Below are positions 38,331 to 48,282 of a stretch of DNA of 64,000 nt, piece after piece. The notes under the pieces were generated by a model. It did not search any database and had not been told where the DNA came from. It worked only from the letters and a program-made list of their open reading frames with translations. Positions within the stretch are counted from its first letter, which is position 1. Each line of letters starts with the position of its first letter. The translations under genes were made by a program, and so were the position numbers. The DNA comes from Candidatus Latescibacterota bacterium (lineage in GTDB: Bacteria > Latescibacterota > UBA2968 > GCA-2709665), in assembly GCA_965219995.1 (NCBI GenBank), contig CBDCOX010000002.1:1280001-1344000 (forward strand), read 5' to 3'.

Positions 38331-40709
38331 GTGAGACATTTCGATCTAACGCCGCATCCCCGCATACTGCCAATGCTTGGAGAAATCGTCCTACCTCAGT
38401 GGCGATGTCTCGCCGAACTAATAGACAATTCGGCGGACTCCTTCATCGAAGCGCAGCGTGCCGGTAATCCAGTACAAGATCCACGAGTGAGAATCAGCGT
38501 CCCAACCGGGAATTCGCAAAGCAGTCGGCTGGTGGTAATGGACAACGGCCCCGGGATGGATGCCGACACCCTAGAACGTGCTGCCCGAGCAGGGTGGACT
38601 AGCCATGACCCAATAAATAATCTCGGTTTGTTTGGGATGGGGTTTAATATCGCCACCGCCCGCCTTGGATCTCATACGTCAATTTGGACGACTCGGCACG
38701 GCGCATCCGAATGGGTCGGATTGGGCATAGATTTTAACTTAATGATAAAAAAACAGGATTTTATCTCGCCTGCGTTAAGCCGACCCAAGTTAGACCGCGA
38801 TATATCCGGCACGGAGGTCATTGTTGAGAGTTTGAAGCCCGAGCAAGTCGAATGGTTTAGCAGAGCGTACAATCGCAGTAACGTTGGAAGACAACTTGGC
38901 CGAACCTATTCGTCAATGATTGGACCCGCGCAAACGCCTGTTGGGTTTCGGCTCGAAATCAACGGTAATCAGGTTCGGCCCAGACTTCACTGTATCTGGG
39001 GAGGACCCGGAAATTCCGAACGCTTCGTCGAGTCTTCGCGGCACGGTACGGTTAATGCCTTTCAGCCCTTCGAGGTACCCCTAAAGTCACGGCCATTCTG
39101 CACACAGTGCTGGAACTGGCTCGGTGCAAATGAGTTGGTATGTGCATCATGCGAAGCCTCTGGTGAAGTCGTCCAGCGCGAAAGGCGAGTGCATGGCTGG
39201 CTCGGTATTCAACGCTATCTTGACCGAAACGAGTATGGAGTTGACATCCTGAGGAATGGGCGCAAGATCGAAATAGGGAATAAGGATTTCTTTAAATGGC
39301 TTGATGATAGTGCGGGTACTGAAGAGATAGAGTATCCTATCGACGACCCAAGAGACCGTGGGCGAATCGTGGGCGAAGTTCACCTAGACCATTGCAGGGT
39401 GCCATACACTAAGGATCGCTTTGTCAGAGAGGACACCGCTTGGCACGAAATGCTCGACATCGTGCGCGGGAGGACCCCACTTCGTCCAGATATAGCTAAG
39501 AAAATGGGTGCGGGCGAGAATATCTCGCCGCTGTATCGTTTGTTCCAAGTATTTCGACGCTCCAATCCCCATAGCCGGCTTGCAGGTGGATGGGGCCAGT
39601 TACTTGTCGTACCTGACAACGACCGCGCCAAGGCAATGGTCCGAGGATTCGATGCGGGGGACCCAGCATATGAGACCGACCAAAAATGGTGGGAACTTGT
39701 CGAAGAAGCAGAAGCAGCTGTCCTCAAAGACAATTCGCCCTCGCCTGGTGACCCTTCCGAAACACTTGGCGATAATGATGAGAGTCCGTCTGATGAAACA
39801 CTCGGTGGTGACGGGACCGGCGCCGCTGACGATGGTTCCACTCATCCGAATAGCGCAGCTGTTAGCTGCAGAAAACCAAGTCGCACGCGTCTCCCGGGTT
39901 TAACTCAACAGTATACGGAGGAGTTAACCGGTCAGCGGTTCGACGTGGAGGCGTTCGAGGTCTCTGCAGACGACCCGATTCTAGCGGGGCGAGGATGCCC
40001 TTGGGAAATTCGTAGAACTGCATCTGGTGCATGGCAGTTTTATGTTGACACAAGTGCTACGGCGTTTCATTCAATGACCCTAACGCCACGGGATGCACTG
40101 CTAGTACAGCTGGCTTGGCTGATCGCAGACTTCGAGAGGGGTCAACAGGGTTCAGAGGTAAGTTTCGGCGCGGCCCTGATGAGCCTACGTACTAGATACG
40201 CTAGATCATCTATGCTAGTTGCACAAGATATGGTGTCTGAGTCGTTATCCCAACTCGTTAATATTGCGCGGAGTATCGTTGATCGAATATCGAGTGAGGA
40301 TGTCCGGACATTCTTCGACAATCTATCACCGTCACGCCAAGAGAGTATACGGGTCAACATGGCTTCCCGTGGTGTCACGGACCCGCATGGAGCGATCGAC
40401 GATGGGAGATTCTTGCAGTACGCGTCCCCTGTCATCATCAGTGATTTCGTTGTGTCGAATCCAAGTATGTTCTTTGACGGCAACTACTGGGATGAAGCAT
40501 TCTCAACTTTGGACTTTGGTAGTGCCGGTGCCACGGAAGAAGCTAGGGCTAGGACTATCAGCTACTACGCGGGGCTTCTAGCTGACACTGTTTGGTTGGC
40601 ACAGCAGGCACCATCAGACCTAGAAGCAATGAGCCGCGAAAAGCTGATGAGGGCATTCCTTGCATCCGAGCTTCTCGCACCTACAATTAACTTTGGAGAC
40701 GACGATTGA
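38331..40709 (+). CDS. MORC/MutL-type GHKL ATPase with Zn ribbon and unknown C-terminal domain
   Basis: ELIDNS, DNGPGM, LGLFGMG, SGTEV; S5-like GVDILRNGRKI; CTQC-10-CASC. Confidence 0.88.
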   Translation: MRHFDLTPHPRILPMLGEIVLPQWRCLAELIDNSADSFIEAQRAGNPVQDPRVRISVPTGNSQSSRLVVMDNGPGMDADTLERAARAGWTSHDPINNLGLFGMGFNIATARLGSHTSIWTTRHGASEWVGLGIDFNLMIKKQDFISPALSRPKLDRDISGTEVIVESLKPEQVEWFSRAYNRSNVGRQLGRTYSSMIGPAQTPVGFRLEINGNQVRPRLHCIWGGPGNSERFVESSRHGTVNAFQPFEVPLKSRPFCTQCWNWLGANELVCASCEASGEVVQRERRVHGWLGIQRYLDRNEYGVDILRNGRKIEIGNKDFFKWLDDSAGTEEIEYPIDDPRDRGRIVGEVHLDHCRVPYTKDRFVREDTAWHEMLDIVRGRTPLRPDIAKKMGAGENISPLYRLFQVFRRSNPHSRLAGGWGQLLVVPDNDRAKAMVRGFDAGDPAYETDQKWWELVEEAEAAVLKDNSPSPGDPSETLGDNDESPSDETLGGDGTGAADDGSTHPNSAAVSCRKPSRTRLPGLTQQYTEELTGQRFDVEAFEVSADDPILAGRGCPWEIRRTASGAWQFYVDTSATAFHSMTLTPRDALLVQLAWLIADFERGQQGSEVSFGAALMSLRTRYARSSMLVAQDMVSESLSQLVNIARSIVDRISSEDVRTFFDNLSPSRQESIRVNMASRGVTDPHGAIDDGRFLQYASPVIISDFVVSNPSMFFDGNYWDEAFSTLDFGSAGATEEARARTISYYAGLLADTVWLAQQAPSDLEAMSREKLMRAFLASELLAPTINFGDDD

Positions 40710-42394
40710 ACCGTGACGACACCCAATTCCTCGGAATTACACGCTTACTCAAGGGGCCCTGGCAGGCATTTGAGCGGGATGTCGCACGTCTATTTATTCA
40801 GAATGGATTCGACGATGTTCAAGTCGTCGGTGGAGTTGGTGATAGGGGTGGGGACGTATTGTCTCGCAAGGGTGGAAAGCTATGGGTTACCCAATGCAAG
40901 CACACTACCTCTTCGCCACCTGCGGTTTCAGCAGTCGATGAAGTCATCGAGGCGGGAGAATACTATGGCGCGGATAGACTCCTTATTGCGTCATCCCGTC
41001 GTGCATCGGACACACTTAGGCTACGGGTTCGGAAAGAACAGAAGCTAGGCTTGGCAATTGAATTAGCAGAGCCGTCGAGGCTCCTCAAATGGATGCGTAA
41101 TAGTAACGAGTATCCCACTCACATCAAGAAACTTCGTCCGTATCAGCTCGAAGCATCCGAAAGCCTACGCAATGCTCTGGTGGATACTGGACGAGGCCAG
41201 TTGGTACTCGCTACAGGTCTCGGTAAAACCGTTATAATGGCCGAAACCGTGGCAAACCTCCTTCGCGACGGTCGCGTGCCCGGAAATCTGGTTCTAGTCC
41301 TTGCGCACACACGTGTACTCGTGGATCAACTCTTACGTGAATTTTGGTTCCAATTGCCGAAGACGGTAGCAACGCACCGATTTGCCGACCAAGAAACGCC
41401 AGTATATTGGGACGGTATAACGTTTGCGACAATTCAGAGTATCTCGCGGAATATTGACATCCTACCCAACTTTGGCTTAGTCGTCGTCGACGAGGTACAT
41501 CACATCGGTGCAGCTACTTTTCAGGAAACTATCGAAGCGCTGTGTCCAAACATGCTCGCTGGCGTTACCGCGACGCCATGGCGAGGTGATGGGTATGATA
41601 TTGACCGCCTCCTCGGGCCCCCGTTGATAAAAATGGGAATTCCCGAAGGCCTAAGAGCCGGATATTTGAGTGACGTTGACTATCGTCTTCTAGCCGACGA
41701 CCTTAATTGGAAATTCGTCCAACAAGCGTCGACTTTCAGTTACTCGCTTTCTCAATTGAACCGAAAGTTGATCCTGACCACTCGAGATGACGAGGCGGCC
41801 AGACTAGCCAGCGAAGCTTTCAGAAACGAAAAACGGCATACCGCAATCGCCTATTGCCCGTCTGGGGTACATGCCAAGACTTTTGCCGCCACATTGAGAC
41901 AGTATGGTTTTCGAGCTGAGGCAATTCTAAATGAAACGCCTTCGAGAGAGAGAGTGCAGCGAATGTCATGGCTAAGAGAAGGAAGAATGCAATTTGCGAC
42001 CGTTGTTGACCTCTTTAATGAAGGAGTCGACGTGCCAGAAGTCGATATGATCGTATTCATGCGGGTAACACATAGTAGACGGATCTTCGTTCAACAGCTT
42101 GGTCGGGGATTGCGAATTGGTCCGGGAAAGGATCGACTGGTTGTATTGGACTTCGTCACTGATTTGAGGCGAATCTCGGAGGTGGTTACACTAGATCAAG
42201 CCGTAAAGGGAGGCAGAATCGAACGCCTCGGACTTGGAAAATCACTAATATCCTTCAATAATCACTCGGCAGGCTCATTTCTTCGCGAATGGATGTTGGA
42301 CCAAGCCTCATTATTGTCAAGGGAGGGAGATCCTCAACTTGAGGTACCGCGATATAACTTCCCGGAGCCGCCTCCTCCAGGGGGTGTGCAATGA
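40706..42394 (+). CDS. Mrr-type restriction endonuclease fused to an SF2 DExH helicase (ResIII-like)
   Basis: FERDVARLF...GF, GDRGGD, QCKH; then LRPYQ, ATGLGKT, DEVHH, TATPWRGD, LFNEGVDVP, QQLGRGLR. Start overlaps the upstream stop. Confidence 0.9.
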   Translation: MNRDDTQFLGITRLLKGPWQAFERDVARLFIQNGFDDVQVVGGVGDRGGDVLSRKGGKLWVTQCKHTTSSPPAVSAVDEVIEAGEYYGADRLLIASSRRASDTLRLRVRKEQKLGLAIELAEPSRLLKWMRNSNEYPTHIKKLRPYQLEASESLRNALVDTGRGQLVLATGLGKTVIMAETVANLLRDGRVPGNLVLVLAHTRVLVDQLLREFWFQLPKTVATHRFADQETPVYWDGITFATIQSISRNIDILPNFGLVVVDEVHHIGAATFQETIEALCPNMLAGVTATPWRGDGYDIDRLLGPPLIKMGIPEGLRAGYLSDVDYRLLADDLNWKFVQQASTFSYSLSQLNRKLILTTRDDEAARLASEAFRNEKRHTAIAYCPSGVHAKTFAATLRQYGFRAEAILNETPSRERVQRMSWLREGRMQFATVVDLFNEGVDVPEVDMIVFMRVTHSRRIFVQQLGRGLRIGPGKDRLVVLDFVTDLRRISEVVTLDQAVKGGRIERLGLGKSLISFNNHSAGSFLREWMLDQASLLSREGDPQLEVPRYNFPEPPPPGGVQ

Positions 42395-42918
42395 AAGTCC
42401 CTGACAGAGTGTTCCTTCGGATCAAACGGACTCTGTGGAAAACCGCAGATGATTTGAATTGGCCGACGCTGACAAACCCGCAAAAGTCAATGATGTTTGA
42501 AGATTGGATAAGGAATGAGCATGTGGGTGGTGTTCTTTCTAGGTATTTGGATAAGGGAAGCGTTCGTGTCTACTTAAAGGACACTATTATGAAGCCTTAT
42601 CTTCGCGAACGCATCAAAGACTTTTCCATTGTGGCAAAGCTTCTTGGGTTATCAAACGCCCTCGTCGTGCAGTCGTACATTAAGCCCCACGGGCGCCGGC
42701 TTGCCGACGGTAGGGTTGTTTGTTGGGGACTGGCAAGGGATTGGAAGAGTATTTTATTCGCGGTCTTTGAAAGGGCGCATGTTGTTCCATCCGCAGTCCC
42801 ATTTGCCGCAGTGATACTGTATCCGACTCAGCAATGCCAACAACCGGCATATCGCGAAATGATCGAGGCTGCTACGTCAAGACTGGGTATACGGCGGCTT
42901 GAATGGTACGACAATTAG
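42391..42918 (+). CDS. Hypothetical protein, translationally coupled to the helicase
   Basis: ATGA overlap; 175 aa; no family recognised. Confidence 0.75.
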   Translation: MKVPDRVFLRIKRTLWKTADDLNWPTLTNPQKSMMFEDWIRNEHVGGVLSRYLDKGSVRVYLKDTIMKPYLRERIKDFSIVAKLLGLSNALVVQSYIKPHGRRLADGRVVCWGLARDWKSILFAVFERAHVVPSAVPFAAVILYPTQQCQQPAYREMIEAATSRLGIRRLEWYDN

Positions 42919-43021
42919 TGTCTTACAGGAAGATTTCTATGCAGAATGCGTTGATGTCTTGTCATCCTGTCAGTATTTCAAAAAGGCGTTACGATCGCCC
43001 CACCGCATCAGAAGACGCCGG

Positions 43022-43040
43022 CCCTTCGACAAGCTCAGGG
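43022..43040. repeat. Short palindromic dispersed-repeat motif
   Basis: CCCTTCGACAAGCTCAGGG with CCCT/AGGG ends; recalled as a widespread intergenic repeat. Confidence 0.5.
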
Positions 43041-43162
43041 ATCGGCTTAGCTTCTGCGACTCTCCCTCAGGCGGGAGTCCTCAATCCGTTGAAACGGCGC
43101 ACGCATTCGCTTGCGCCTATTTGGTTGGGGCTGAGCATAGCGAAACCGCGCTAGGATATGGT

Positions 43163-43600
43163 ATGAAAGACCCGTTAACCCGCGAACAACGGAGCAAACG
43201 TATGTCGCTTGTTCGCGCCAAGGACACAAAGGCAGAGATGCGGGTTCGGAAGATATTCCATTCACTTGGGTACCGGTACCGACTTCACATACGCGACTTA
43301 CCAGGCTGCCCTGATCTCGTTGTACGCCGTCGCAAAAAAGCAATCTTCGTTCATGGGTGTTTCTGGCACCAGCACAACTGCTCGATGGGCAACCGCATGC
43401 CGAAAACCAGGATCGATTTTTGGCGGGAGAAGCTGGACGGGAACAAAAAGAGAGACGTTGAGAATATCCGTCTATTGATGGACCACGGCTGGTCGGTATT
43501 GGTCATTTGGGAATGTGAGACAAAGCCGTCCAACCTTGGCGATTTGGCTTCGCGAATCGTGTCGTTTATGGAATGCCCGTCTCAATTGGCATCGATGTAA
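43163..43600 (+). CDS. vsr: Very short patch repair endonuclease
   Basis: D.LT.EQRS..MS.VR.KDT..E, LPGCPD, FVHGCFWH.H.C, FW..KL..N..RD, VIWECE. Confidence 0.93.
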   Translation: MKDPLTREQRSKRMSLVRAKDTKAEMRVRKIFHSLGYRYRLHIRDLPGCPDLVVRRRKKAIFVHGCFWHQHNCSMGNRMPKTRIDFWREKLDGNKKRDVENIRLLMDHGWSVLVIWECETKPSNLGDLASRIVSFMECPSQLASM

Positions 43601-43983
43601 CTGGCCAATTTTCGCGAGCAACGTCATGAGGAATTCGACCTCGAAACCGCATAACGTATCCCGGAGTCGGGCTACGACAGTGTACATTATGGGCAACTCG
43701 CAAAACCCAAGTGACGTTTGTTGTTAATTGATCTTTCTCTCGGTACGTACTTTATTAATCTGTTCCCGTGTCATGCTGCGAAGGAATAAAGGCGAACCGC
43801 CCGTTGAGCAATACGACGTAGACACCTGTGATCGATCGCGCGTCGCATGAACGAATTTGTAGTCAACAGGATCAAGGTCTAATGACCCAGACATGCATTT
43901 ACGTCATGTCCGCGGTCTTCGCGCGGAAACCGCATAGCCCACTCCACTTACGCCCATCATGGCTTCATGGCTGGTTCCGCCGG

Positions 43984-44283
43984 ATGGCTGGTGTACCGCT
44001 GCTGCTGCTGATCGTCGCCATTTCGACCATGGCGTCAGCGCAGGAGCGGCCGCTGAGGTTCACGTCGACGGCGTGGTCGCCGTTCACGAACGCCCCGCAG
44101 CGTTCCTACGAGCTCTTCGAGTCGGGCAAGGCTACTGCGATGCCGGTTGAGGCATGTCGCTTCTACTTCGGCGGTAAGGGTTGCGAAGACTGGTGCAGCG
44201 TGCCCGAAAAATTCAATGCCCTGGACGTCGACAACCCCGATGCGCGTAGCCTCAAGATCAAAGTCTTCACCTTCAAGTCTTGA
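43984..44283 (+). pseudogene. Short, probably chimeric or deleted gene with a signal peptide
   Basis: Signal peptide plus AQERPLRFTSTAWSPFTNAP (resembles the start of a solute-binding protein), joined abruptly to an unrelated Cys-containing tail. Confidence 0.35.
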
Positions 44284-44363
44284 CCGGACCTGATTTGGAG
44301 CCAGTAACGGGGTGAGAGGAGAGATGAGGGATGGCGGGGCAACGAATCGATCAGCCACGATAG

Positions 44364-46793
44364 TTATTCATCTCGCAAGGCATCAATCGGATTGGCTTGT
44401 GCTGCGCGGACTGCCTGGATACTAACGGTTACGAATGCAATGAATAGAGCCAGTGTCGCGCTCGCGACAAAGGGCACGACAGTCAACGAGGTCCGATACG
44501 CAAACCCGGAAAGCCAGTCGCGCATCAGATAATAGGCGATTGGCCAGGCGACCACGCTGGCAACGAGAATAAGAAGCAGGAATTCACGCGAGAGCAGCAT
44601 CACCAGATGCGGCGTGGATGCGCCAAGTACCTTTCGAACGCCGATTTCCTTGGTGCGAGACTGGACCATAAACGCCACAAGTCCGAACAACCCCATGCAC
44701 GCCACGAAGATTGCCAGCAATGAAAACACCCCGAGCATTTTACCCGTGCGTATCTCATTGAAATAGATCCACTCCATGAACTCATCCATGAAATGATATT
44801 CAAATGGCTCATCCGGCACGAAGCGTTTCCATTGCGATTCGAGAAAAGCAAGGGTCTGCGCGGTCCCTTCCGGTCGGATGCGCAGGTTCAGCGAATAAAA
44901 GAACTCCGAGCGGGCGATAAAACCCAGGGGCTCTATTTCTGCTCGTAGCGACAGGGCGTGGTAGTCTCTCACAACCCCGATTACGGTCACTACCTGGTCC
45001 TTAAAGGCAGGTGACTCGATCTGTCTGCCAATTGGATCATTCTCCCATCCGAGCAGACGCACGGCGGTTTCATTCAGAATAATGGCCTGTGATGTATCGC
45101 TGGCTACATCTGCTGAAAAAGCGCGACCGAGCAGCACGGGGACGTCAAATGTCTCGAAGAATGAACCGTCAACTTCGTTAATGCGAATTGTACGTTCTCG
45201 TGTCCGGTCCCCATCGGGCCAGATCAAGCGCGGCCGTCCTGCGTATCCCGCTATTCTGTACCGCACTGCCGACGCCCTCAGGACATTGGGGTGTTCGAGG
45301 AATACCTGCTTCACCATCTCGTGGCGTGCCGAGAGACGTTTTTTCGGGTTCGGTTCCGCGAAAACGTCATGACTGAAAATGGGTAGGCTAACAATATGAC
45401 CGCGTGCGAACCCCAGATCTTTCGTGTCTATGTATCGCAATTGCTGATAGACGACGAGCGTGCAGATGACCAGCAAAATGGATGTACCGAACTGAAAAAC
45501 CACGAGTCCCTTCTTCAGCCATGCAGTTCCAGAGGATGAAAACGTACCGCCCCTTAGCGCGGTTACCGGGAGAAAGGAGGACAGGAAGAATGCAGGATAC
45601 GCGCCTGCCAGTAGTCCGGCCAATACCGTTAATGCCAATACTGCCGGCGCAGATGCCGCAATTATCGACACATCGATGTGCAGATCGCTCTGTGCGAATT
45701 GATTGAATAGAGGCACGGATATATCTGCGAGCGCCAGGGCAATCAGCAGCGCGATGCCGGTCAATAGCAGGGATTCGCCCAAAAACTGAACCATCAGTTG
45801 CGGCCGGTGCGCCCCGACCACCTTTCGCACGCCCACTTCCCGCTTCCGGGTGACAGCCCGCGCGGTCGCCAGATTGGTAAAATTCACGCACGCGATGACG
45901 ACAACGATCATTCCGATGGTCGCGAGCATGTAAATTCGTTGAATGCGGCCCCAGTCCTTGGGATTGAAATCGGATGTGCCGTACAGGTACACCCGGTGAA
46001 TCGGCTGGAGATGAAACGCTGATTTTGTCGCAATTTCACCCCCCATGAACCGCTCGATTAGCGACTGCATTTTCGTTTGCAGGGATCTGTGGTCTTGTCC
46101 GGCTTTGAGTAGTACAAAAGTCTCCACGGGCCGCCAGGAGAGCATTGGCTGCCACATTGTCCACTTATCCCTTACTTCCCCGACGGGCGTCACCGTTGTT
46201 GAGAGGATCTGAAAATTTAGGCCTGACGAGGGATGCGGCGCCTTCAGGATCCCGGTCACTGTATATTCGCCGGGAAACACGGTGCTTTCGACTGAGAAAG
46301 ACCGGCCCATCGGGTCATCGTCGCCAAACAGGTGGCGAGCCATGTCCTCGGTAACGATCACCGAGTTTGGGAATCGAAATGCAATCTCCGGATCGCCACG
46401 TATCAAGTCGAAATCAAAGACTCTCAGAAAGCCGTCGTCAACCAGCGCGAACTCATACTCACCCGTTCGCTCTCCGTATTGCGCGTTCACGGGCCATCGC
46501 CAGAAACGTATGGTTGTCTCTACCTCGGGAAACGACGCTTCCAACTCCGGTCCGAGCGCGCCCGAGGTCCCGCTCTCGTAGGTTGTTCGCGTTGTTTTGC
46601 GCACTTCTCGAATCACTTTGTAAATCCGATCGCCCAGAGTGTAGAATCTATCGACCGAAAACTCCTGCTTGACGTACAACAGGATCAGAATGGCACCCGC
46701 CAACCCGATCGCGAGACCCAACACATTGACGGCGGTGTACAATTTGTGCCGCAGCAAGTTGCGGACAGCGACAGTCAGGAGATTCTTGATCAC
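44364..46793 (-). CDS. ABC transporter permease, duplicated MacB-PCD/FtsX type
   Basis: AVRNLLRHK...NVLGLAIG, REVGVRKVVGA, LVVFQF, RTKEIGVRKVLGAS, ANPIDALRDE. No ATPase gene adjacent. Confidence 0.92.
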   Translation of the reverse strand: MIKNLLTVAVRNLLRHKLYTAVNVLGLAIGLAGAILILLYVKQEFSVDRFYTLGDRIYKVIREVRKTTRTTYESGTSGALGPELEASFPEVETTIRFWRWPVNAQYGERTGEYEFALVDDGFLRVFDFDLIRGDPEIAFRFPNSVIVTEDMARHLFGDDDPMGRSFSVESTVFPGEYTVTGILKAPHPSSGLNFQILSTTVTPVGEVRDKWTMWQPMLSWRPVETFVLLKAGQDHRSLQTKMQSLIERFMGGEIATKSAFHLQPIHRVYLYGTSDFNPKDWGRIQRIYMLATIGMIVVVIACVNFTNLATARAVTRKREVGVRKVVGAHRPQLMVQFLGESLLLTGIALLIALALADISVPLFNQFAQSDLHIDVSIIAASAPAVLALTVLAGLLAGAYPAFFLSSFLPVTALRGGTFSSSGTAWLKKGLVVFQFGTSILLVICTLVVYQQLRYIDTKDLGFARGHIVSLPIFSHDVFAEPNPKKRLSARHEMVKQVFLEHPNVLRASAVRYRIAGYAGRPRLIWPDGDRTRERTIRINEVDGSFFETFDVPVLLGRAFSADVASDTSQAIILNETAVRLLGWENDPIGRQIESPAFKDQVVTVIGVVRDYHALSLRAEIEPLGFIARSEFFYSLNLRIRPEGTAQTLAFLESQWKRFVPDEPFEYHFMDEFMEWIYFNEIRTGKMLGVFSLLAIFVACMGLFGLVAFMVQSRTKEIGVRKVLGASTPHLVMLLSREFLLLILVASVVAWPIAYYLMRDWLSGFAYRTSLTVVPFVASATLALFIAFVTVSIQAVRAAQANPIDALRDE

Positions 46794-47019
46794 GGGTATT
46801 TCCGTAGGGACGAACATCCTCGCATACGAGCCACGAGGTCGATTTCAATTGGAATGAAGACTTAACCGGGTCAATCTTACAACGTATCTGGATGCAGGCC
46901 GAGTCAATATCGTCAACCCGCCGCTAATATTCAACAGCAATAACCCTGCCAAACGACTTAATTATATAAATAATAACAGGTTGCTGATTTATGCGCAAAT
47001 CTGCTGCCTATAAAGTGTT

Positions 47020-47055
47020 CGATTTCAATACAGTACTGTCCGATTTCGATACAGT
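47020..47055. promoter_or_regulatory. Direct repeat with 21-bp period, putative regulator site
   Basis: CGATTTCAATACAGT (47020) and CGATTTCGATACAGT (47041), next to an AT-rich promoter-like tract. Confidence 0.5.
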
Positions 47056-47150
47056 CGCACGCGGCCAGGGTGGCGGCGTTGGGCCGTAATTGCTCGTGTA
47101 AACAGGCAACAATGATCAGGGAGTGCGGCTCTAGTGCGCCACGAGAGGCC

Positions 47151-47174
47151 GGGCGCCCGCAAGGGACGCCCCTA
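47151..47174 (-). repeat. REP-like element
   Basis: Minus strand TAGGGGCGTCCCTTGCGGGCGCCC: TAG foot plus an imperfect palindrome. Confidence 0.45.
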
Positions 47175-47370
47175 AAAAGCGTGGGGAGTGAATCCTGGTT
47201 ACGACGTTGAGTCGCTTCATCGGATCGCTCAATGGTTTCTTCCATGTGCACTCAAGTATGGATATTTTGAGATGGGCAGACGGGAATGTCCGCCCCACCT
47301 TCCGAATCCGCATTCCAAACGTGTCGACGGGTCATTGACGGAGTGTGTCTTTCGTACGGGAGTAGCGAAA

Positions 47371-48156
47371 ATGGTGAGGCGACGAACAGGGTTGGCGACG
47401 ATATTTCTGACGATTCTCGCGCTTGCCGCCGCGGGCGTAGCCACAGAACCGAGCGATGAGGACCTGAAGGACGTCCGGAGGCGGGCCGGGCGAGGGGATG
47501 CGGAGGCCCAGTTCGTTCTCGGCACGATGTACGGCAACGGTCTCGGCGTTCCCCGGGACTTCGCGGAGGCGGTCAGGTGGTTCCGTCCGGCCGCCGAGCA
47601 GGGTCACGCGGCGGCGCAAAACAGCCTGGGATGGATGTACGCCAACGGCCTCGGCGTCGAGCGGGATCTCGATCAGGCGATCAGATGGTACCGCGCCGCG
47701 GCGAAACAGGGTCACGCCGACGCCCGTTTCAATCTTGGCACGGCATATAACAGGGGGCGCGGCGTGAAACAGGACCGCGCGAAAGCGCTCGCTTTCTATC
47801 GCGAAGCCGCCCGTCAGGACCACGCGGGCGCCCAGTACCTTCTGGGAATCATGTACGCCAACGCCCGCGGGACGCCCCGGGACTACGCAAAAGCGTTCAA
47901 ATGGTTCCGCCTGTCGGCCGACCGGGGCTTTGCGCGGGCACGATCTCAACTCGGGATGATGTACGCCATGGGCCTCGGCGTGGAACGGAACGACGTTACC
48001 GCCCACGCGCACTGCAATCTGGCCGCCGCCGCGGGAGACAGCCTGGGCGGCGTTGTGCGCGACAACCTGGAAAAGACAATGACCCCCGCGCAGATCTCGC
48101 AAGCCCGCCACCTCGCAGAGGAGTGGCGAAAGAAAGCGGAGAACGTAAAGGAATGA
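47371..48156 (+). CDS. Exported Sel1-repeat protein
   Basis: Signal peptide and about five A-Q-x-x-L-G-x-M-Y-x-x-G-x-G-V repeats. Confidence 0.92.
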   Translation: MVRRRTGLATIFLTILALAAAGVATEPSDEDLKDVRRRAGRGDAEAQFVLGTMYGNGLGVPRDFAEAVRWFRPAAEQGHAAAQNSLGWMYANGLGVERDLDQAIRWYRAAAKQGHADARFNLGTAYNRGRGVKQDRAKALAFYREAARQDHAGAQYLLGIMYANARGTPRDYAKAFKWFRLSADRGFARARSQLGMMYAMGLGVERNDVTAHAHCNLAAAAGDSLGGVVRDNLEKTMTPAQISQARHLAEEWRKKAENVKE

Positions 48157-48282
48157 ACGGCGCGGACCGGAAAAAGAAGGGGTATGATGCAGTCACCCGA
48201 AGCACACGGGGATAGCGGCCGATCCCGGCGAGAACGACCATGCCGCAACTGACGCCACGGCAGGAACGTGAGAATTTCTCGG

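Noticed and set aside
42899-43162. 88-aa N-terminal extension of Vsr
   Set aside because: It reads through an intergenic repeat; the typical Vsr start is at 43163.
37071-43600. Assignment to DISARM, BREX, Druantia, Mza or type I/III R-M
   Set aside because: Signature partners (DrmB/C, PglZ, large DruE, Z1/AIPR, HsdS or adenine methylase) are not present.
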